Positions 58,253 through 64,000 of a stretch of 64,000 bases of DNA are shown piece by piece. Each line of letters opens with the position of its first letter. Within the stretch, counting starts at the first letter, position 1. The notes beneath the pieces were generated by a model. That model did no database searches, was not told where the DNA came from, and saw nothing but the letters and a program-made list of their open reading frames with translations. Position numbers and translations under genes: made by a program. Origin of the DNA: a bacterium (lineage in GTDB: Bacteria; Hinthialibacterota; Hinthialibacteria; Hinthialibacterales; Hinthialibacteraceae); contig CAXXMV010000006.1 of the NCBI GenBank assembly GCA_963662285.2, positions 288,001-352,000 on the forward strand, read 5' to 3'.

Positions 58253-61200
58253 TTAATACAATGCCCAATCAGATACAGCGGTTATGTCCGGGCCGTTGAG
58301 GAATTGGTCTGGAGTTAATGCTCCGGCTGACAGGCGAACTTCGTCGATGCGGCCGGGGAGGACGTCGGTGGTTCCGGCTGCGGTGCGGCGCGCTCCAACC
58401 ATAATCGGCAGGTCGCTGTCAGTGCGTAATTTATCATAGGCCAAACCATCTTCATAATGAGTGATCTGCGCCTCGACTTTGTTGCCATCAACATATAGTA
58501 AAACTGGCTGCATGGTATTCTTCAGGTTTACGACTGCTGCGTAATGGTGGAATAATCCATCATATATAACCGCTCCACCGCTGGTCGCGGTATGCAGTCT
58601 TTCGTTGAATCCTGAGTTGGCTGATGCGTCGTTGAGCAAGAAATCGAGCGATCCGGTTTCTGATAGTCCTGCGGCGAAGCGCCATACGCCGTCAACTGAT
58701 GCGTTGGCTTCGTCATAACGGTCGACTAGTATCGCTTCTCCGAAAGAGTTGAGAGAGAACATGGCGTAGCATTCAATGGTCATGCTCTGTTCGACGTCCA
58801 GATATGATTCGGTCGAACCGAACTGGAAGCCATTGCCATCCACCCCGTCAAGCACCAGGGCTGTTGTGTTGGGCTGCTCGGTCAATGGAACCTCGCTATT
58901 AGCGCCCGGCGCTGCGATGGAGGTTGATCCCAGCAGCTGTCCGTCAGGGAACAGGCCAATCGATTCCTTGGCGTCGCCTTCAAAGCGGTAATAGGCGATG
59001 ACATTGCCTTCGGCGATGTCGCCGACCGGGCTGCCTTGAACCACGACGCCTTTGGATGACAGGCGATTTTCGGAAATGGTTCTGATGACGAAGGTATATA
59101 ACTGCCCGTTTTTAAGATCGCGGATGCGGATGCGATTATCGGTGATTGGAGTGGATTCGATGATTTCGTTGTCTTCGAAGATATCCACGCGAATCAGGTC
59201 GGCGGCGGTTGGCTGGCTCCATTGGATGCGCAGAGACTCGTTCATCGGCGTGACAATAACGTTTTCAACGTCAGGCGGCGCCAAGCCGGGATTAAGGCTG
59301 AATGAGGTCGGCTGAGACCAGTCGCTCCATAAGCCATCATTACGCTGATATCTGGCGCGCCAGAAGTAAGTTGTTCCTGCGCCGATAATATAAGCGGGAA
59401 CCTTAATAGATGGCGCATCTACCTTGTTTTGGGAGGACCAGATTGGTTTATAGAAATCGTCGTTGTTTTGATTGATCTCCCATTGCATAACTAATGGCGA
59501 CGAAAAAGCGGTCACTGCTTGCAGTTCAACGATTCGCGAAGTCAGAACCGCATGATTGGCGGGCAGTACGTTCTCCGGCGCGTTGGAAGTATCAGCAGCC
59601 CGGACATTTTTATCTTTCAAGATGAATTCACGGCGGGCGGTGATATACTTTTTCATTTCGGATATCATGTCGTCGATCTGGCCTGGAGAGTTCCAGCGCT
59701 CCATGTTTTCCCTGATAGCATCTTCGAGGTAACTCCAATATGAATCGAAGATAGGATCAAGATGTTCATGGGTGAAAATATGTTCGACAAAATAGCGTAG
59801 GCGCTGGTAGTAGCGGTCGCGGAACTCTGGAACGCCGAGAAAACGCTTGCGCAGTTCGTTGGTTCCGAATACGCCGCCGACAGCTCCGTCTAACAGACTG
59901 TAGTTTGAAATAAGCGGGAAACTGTCGCTGGTGTGGATTTCGCCCCAGGCGTGGCTCATATCCCAGGGAGAGATATACCAGAGCTGGTCAGCGCCTCTGG
60001 ATGGGAAATAGTTCTTTTCGGTGCTATCGACATGCGATAGCACGGCGACGCTGGCCAGGTAATTGAGGTATGTCTCAATATTTACATTGGATTCAAAGAA
60101 TGATTTGAGATCGCTGGAATCGTTTAATTCCTCAATGAAGTTAATCAGAACAGCGATATCGTCTGCACGGCCAATGGCGTTTTCGTATTTCTGGGCGTAG
60201 GCGTCGAAATTGGGTTCTTTGGTTAAGTAACTGCGCCGAGCTTTAATTCCGGCTTTATACAGCTGCGTCTCAGCTGGCATATCATGAGCGTCGAGAAAAT
60301 CTTCGTTATATTGCTCAAGCCCGATGAATAGCCCGTAGTAGGCGTTATTCAATACGACGCGGTAATGCTTGCTATCCGACGCCGGAACGCCCGCCTGCTG
60401 CATGAATTGATAGGCCAGATGTTCCTGGAAGCCGGATTCTCCGCGCAGCAATGGAGATGTCTGGTAGTTGGCGTTGAGGTTGTAGGTGCGTCGGTTGTTC
60501 CAGCGGTGATCTTTGGCGAATTGGATTTTCCAACTCTTCTTGGGTTTGTTGCGTAGAGTGTTTCCCCGGTAACGGATGCCGCCGCTGTTGGATAGATCGA
60601 ACACTTCGCCTTCGATTACCACGAATGATGGTTGTTCAACATCTGACTGAACATTGCGGTTGAGCCAGTTGAGCACTTCCTGTTCGGCGAATAAGTAGAT
60701 AGTGGGATATTTGGGTGGATCAAGGCGGTCTTCTACAAAGAAGGCCAGCGCTTGGGTTTTCTCTTCCTGGCGTGGGATAGTGGCGACTTGACCGGCTTTA
60801 TCAGTAGCGGTGATTTTATAGCGCCAGATTTCGTGGGGTCGGATGGTTTCGGCGTTGTTCAGTTTATAGGAATAGACTCCATCATCGGCGATATTATCGC
60901 CGCTGGTTCCATTATCGAACATGTTAACCGATTTCCACTCGCCCATAACCAGGCCGGTGCCATAGGGAGAGCTTAAGCGCTGGTAGTGCAGGGTGACTGT
61001 GTCGATGCCATCTTCGTCTACCGCTTTGGCGGTGATGGTTATGGCGTCAGCGTCGTCTTCTCCGGCATCCAATACGCGCATCATGGCTAAGGCTGGATGT
61101 AGCGAGAAATCTGAACTGGTCAGGCTGGTGTTATGTCCCTGGACGGCCAGGACGTTCTTGCCGGGACGCAGGTTCTTGATGAAACTGGTGACGTCAAACT

Positions 61201-63496
61201 CTTCCATTGTTCCGGCTTCGTGGTTGCCGTCGGATTCATCGTCAAAGGATGGAGGATTGCCGCTTACATTGGATCGGGCTATTTCAACGCCGTTGAGATA
61301 GGCAATGAACGAGTCGTCGTAATCCACGCCCAGAGCGAGCAGGGCGAAACCTTCAACGCTATCCAGGGTGAAGGTTTTACGGATGTAAAGGCTTAGATAG
61401 CGATTTTGCATATCATTAATGATTGTATTGTCATCATCGTCATCGTATCCAAAACCGGCTTGTCCTTCATCCCATGAGGCATCATCAAAATCAACTGCAT
61501 TCCAATTGGAAGGCGGCGCCTGGTTGCCTTTGAAATATTTCCACTGTTCTTCCATGTCGATGAGTAGTTTTGATTCAGTTTGCTGCTCGCTGGTTGAAGC
61601 AGTCAGTTTATCCGGCGTATGGTTAACCTTGGTGATCCGGGGCGGCTCGTTGGTGGTGATTTGCGAGTTGGGCGCTCCAGGGCTGTTTTTTTGTCCGCTG
61701 CGCCAGTTGTGAGCGTCACGGTTGTCGCCGTTGGGAGTAATTAATTCCAGAGAGTTGCCATCTCCATCAGGCCGGATAGGCCAGGGGAAAGTATCGTTGA
61801 ACTGGACGTAGTCGATCACGATATTCAAATCCGGATCGTCTTGATTAATGTTATTGGTCAGGGCGATGGATTCTCCAGCGTTATTGAGCTGAAGGGTAAA
61901 ATTTCCCACCTTGTTCTGTACTTCGGGATATTGATTTACATTACGGCAAATCAGCAGATAGCCTTTGGCTGGAATGATGGTTCCAGCGGGAATGATGAAG
62001 TTGATGCCTTCGGTAAATCTCCATCCGCTAACATCCACCGCAGTGGCGCCCTGGTTGAAGAGTTCCACGTATTCTTTATCAAGGTTGTTGTCGTATTCTT
62101 CATCTTCGGGGTGATAGAGAACTTCATTGATGATCACATCGTAATCGTGATAATTGGCATCGGTGATCTTGCGGATATTCTCTTTACCCTTGGAACCCAT
62201 CGGCGCAACCGCCCAATTGTTGGGCTGGTTGTTGGGGCGGCTTGGATCAACCAATTCATAAGAACTGATCATTCCTTCAACAAGATTGGGCCATTCGCTG
62301 TTGTCGGAATATTCTACTTGCGTAATCAGATGACCGTTGGGATCGAATAAGCGGATCTGGTCGCCCTGGTCGTTGAGAGAGAAGGGTAGATCGCCGAAGG
62401 TGTTTAAGCCGCCATCCGTTTTTTGTGAAAATACCAAATATCCCTTGGCCGGAATTACGGTTCCCTGCAATATGCGGAAGAAATTAGAATCGTTGGAATC
62501 TTTGATGAGCCAATCTGATAAATCTATTGATTGATTGGTCGGGTTGAATAATTCAATCCATTCATCATAGTTTACCGAATCATCATAAGGGTAGCCGATC
62601 TGAAACTCGTTGATCAGAACTGAACCGGGGAAATGCGGCGCGTTATCTACTTTATAAAGAAAACGGCCTTCGCCGGGGCCGGAGGGCGCATTGATCTGGT
62701 ATCCATCGCTGTTGCTGGCGATTATTGAATAATCCACGACAGTCGCTTCGCTTTGGGCAGGCAGTATGGCGGCGAAGCGGTCTCCCTGCTTGGTCATTGA
62801 TAGCGTCTTGGCGGCGGCGCCGTTAACTGAATAAGAGAGGGTAACGATGTTAATCGTGACGCCTTGTTCAAATAGAGCTTCAATTGTAACTGCGTCCTGG
62901 TCAGATGGCGACTGGGGAATATGTTTGATGCTGATAATCTGTGGAGGCGTGTTTTGAGTCAGTTGGGAATTGGCTTTACCCGGACTGGGTTTCAGGCTGG
63001 CTTTCCAGTATAGGATATTGTTATTATCCACTTGAGGATGCACCAATTCGAGGGATGCGCCATCGCCATCAGCCAGTTTAGGCCAGGGGGCGTTATCGCT
63101 GTATTCGACCTCATCAACTTTCTGGTCGAACTGATCATACAGAGCAATATCTTCACCGCTGTTGGATAGTTTGGTCGGGGCGTAGTTTCCGATGGTATTA
63201 ACTGTTCCGCCAAGATTGTATTGCGCCCGGACGAATAGCTCGTTGCGGCATAGCAGCAGATAGCCATTCGCTTCAATTATGGCGCCTTGAGGAAAAGTAA
63301 ATTCGATTCCGTTCTTGAATTGCCAACCGGCAATATCCACAGGATTTGAATCACTGTTGAAGAGTTCAATATACTCTGCATTGAGATCATCCGAACTGGG
63401 GTGATACATGATCTCGTTTATTACGACCTCTCCAAATGTCGGCATGACGCCAACCACTCCAATTATTAATAACAAGTATACGATTTTACGGCTCAT
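58253..63496 (-). CDS. Large secreted protein: lamin-tail domains, CotH kinase-like, FN3 and LamG-like domains
   Basis: Three VINE...EYIELFN...GW repeats; RYRGN...KKSWKI, NYF, SPWDMSHAWG (CotH); GRIDEVRLS (LamG); ATG 63496 after GGAG. Confidence 0.85.
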   Translation of the reverse strand: MSRKIVYLLLIIGVVGVMPTFGEVVINEIMYHPSSDDLNAEYIELFNSDSNPVDIAGWQFKNGIEFTFPQGAIIEANGYLLLCRNELFVRAQYNLGGTVNTIGNYAPTKLSNSGEDIALYDQFDQKVDEVEYSDNAPWPKLADGDGASLELVHPQVDNNNILYWKASLKPSPGKANSQLTQNTPPQIISIKHIPQSPSDQDAVTIEALFEQGVTINIVTLSYSVNGAAAKTLSMTKQGDRFAAILPAQSEATVVDYSIIASNSDGYQINAPSGPGEGRFLYKVDNAPHFPGSVLINEFQIGYPYDDSVNYDEWIELFNPTNQSIDLSDWLIKDSNDSNFFRILQGTVIPAKGYLVFSQKTDGGLNTFGDLPFSLNDQGDQIRLFDPNGHLITQVEYSDNSEWPNLVEGMISSYELVDPSRPNNQPNNWAVAPMGSKGKENIRKITDANYHDYDVIINEVLYHPEDEEYDNNLDKEYVELFNQGATAVDVSGWRFTEGINFIIPAGTIIPAKGYLLICRNVNQYPEVQNKVGNFTLQLNNAGESIALTNNINQDDPDLNIVIDYVQFNDTFPWPIRPDGDGNSLELITPNGDNRDAHNWRSGQKNSPGAPNSQITTNEPPRITKVNHTPDKLTASTSEQQTESKLLIDMEEQWKYFKGNQAPPSNWNAVDFDDASWDEGQAGFGYDDDDDNTIINDMQNRYLSLYIRKTFTLDSVEGFALLALGVDYDDSFIAYLNGVEIARSNVSGNPPSFDDESDGNHEAGTMEEFDVTSFIKNLRPGKNVLAVQGHNTSLTSSDFSLHPALAMMRVLDAGEDDADAITITAKAVDEDGIDTVTLHYQRLSSPYGTGLVMGEWKSVNMFDNGTSGDNIADDGVYSYKLNNAETIRPHEIWRYKITATDKAGQVATIPRQEEKTQALAFFVEDRLDPPKYPTIYLFAEQEVLNWLNRNVQSDVEQPSFVVIEGEVFDLSNSGGIRYRGNTLRNKPKKSWKIQFAKDHRWNNRRTYNLNANYQTSPLLRGESGFQEHLAYQFMQQAGVPASDSKHYRVVLNNAYYGLFIGLEQYNEDFLDAHDMPAETQLYKAGIKARRSYLTKEPNFDAYAQKYENAIGRADDIAVLINFIEELNDSSDLKSFFESNVNIETYLNYLASVAVLSHVDSTEKNYFPSRGADQLWYISPWDMSHAWGEIHTSDSFPLISNYSLLDGAVGGVFGTNELRKRFLGVPEFRDRYYQRLRYFVEHIFTHEHLDPIFDSYWSYLEDAIRENMERWNSPGQIDDMISEMKKYITARREFILKDKNVRAADTSNAPENVLPANHAVLTSRIVELQAVTAFSSPLVMQWEINQNNDDFYKPIWSSQNKVDAPSIKVPAYIIGAGTTYFWRARYQRNDGLWSDWSQPTSFSLNPGLAPPDVENVIVTPMNESLRIQWSQPTAADLIRVDIFEDNEIIESTPITDNRIRIRDLKNGQLYTFVIRTISENRLSSKGVVVQGSPVGDIAEGNVIAYYRFEGDAKESIGLFPDGQLLGSTSIAAPGANSEVPLTEQPNTTALVLDGVDGNGFQFGSTESYLDVEQSMTIECYAMFSLNSFGEAILVDRYDEANASVDGVWRFAAGLSETGSLDFLLNDASANSGFNERLHTATSGGAVIYDGLFHHYAAVVNLKNTMQPVLLYVDGNKVEAQITHYEDGLAYDKLRTDSDLPIMVGARRTAAGTTDVLPGRIDEVRLSAGALTPDQFLNGPDITAVSDWALY

Positions 63497-63674
63497 GGAA
63501 TTCTCCAAATCTAGTGAAAATATTTTAAAACAGGGAATAAATATGGACGTAATTATAACAATAGTTATGAATAAGATATCCTTTTTTTGCGTATTTGTCA
63601 CATCTTTAGAGACTGGGAAAGTGTTTTAAGGGCGGTATGGGTCATATTTGGATTGAAATAAGGTTTCTTGATCA

Positions 63675-64000
63675 TTAAACCATGCGGCCTGTCGCCATGC
63701 CGAGGAAGAAAACCACCAGTCCGCCTATGGTTTGGAAACCGATATTCCATAGCGCCATGCCGTATTCCGCGTCGCGCAGCAGCTCGCTGGTTTCGAAGAT
63801 ATAGGTGGAGAATGTGGTGAAGGCGCCCATGAATCCGGTTAAGACTATGGCCCGCGTCTCGCCGCTGATGAGCATTCTCTCTTCGGCTAGGGTCCAGATC
63901 ATACCGAACAGAAAACAGCCCAGCAGGTTAACTACCGGCGTGCCCCAGGCGAATCCGATTCCATCAAACCATTGAACCAGGCCGGATAATCCGTAGCGGG
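63675..64000 (-). CDS. crcB: Fluoride channel FluC/CrcB, 5' end outside the window
   Basis: RYGL...WGTPVVNLLGCFLFG...TGFMGAFTTFSTY. Confidence 0.92.
   Translation of the reverse strand, partial: RYGLSGLVQWFDGIGFAWGTPVVNLLGCFLFGMIWTLAEERMLISGETRAIVLTGFMGAFTTFSTYIFETSELLRDAEYGMALWNIGFQTIGGLVVFFLGMATGRMV

Overview
Most of this window (<1 to ~58080) looks like the right part of a large, AT-richer genomic island. It ends at a 3' half tRNA-Arg(TCT) att copy (58038-58080); the integrase and intact tRNA are not in the window. Beyond the att site are visibly more GC-rich host genes (a lamin-tail/CotH surface protein and crcB). From left to right the island carries: (i) a Zn-finger/TOPRIM/AAA primase-helicase missed by the ORF track, preceded by a sigma54-type promoter and a tandem NrdR-box pair; (ii) an IS1182-like element; (iii) a divergent sigma54-activator-like ATPase; (iv) a 1514-aa AEP-primase/Zn-ribbon/SF2-helicase/family-A DNA polymerase fusion, followed by a small RHH protein and two DUF669-like SSB candidates; (v) a defence cluster with a collapsed helicase-nuclease, a DISARM-like DUF1998 helicase + SNF2 helicase + adenine MTase trio, a DUF3883 nuclease, a CBS protein and Mrr; (vi) a TGT/DpdA-like gene split by an IS66; (vii) two prepilin-type genes; (viii) an SSB/annealase/RecB-nuclease/UvrD/DUF932 recombination module; and (ix) five sensor kinases, four with near-identical kinase cores, plus a lone receiver and an IHF/HU gene. 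The best candidate for an undescribed system is a tRNA-integrated, self-replicating defence element built around the all-in-one primase-helicase-PolA. All assignments come from motif reading by eye; no database searches were run.
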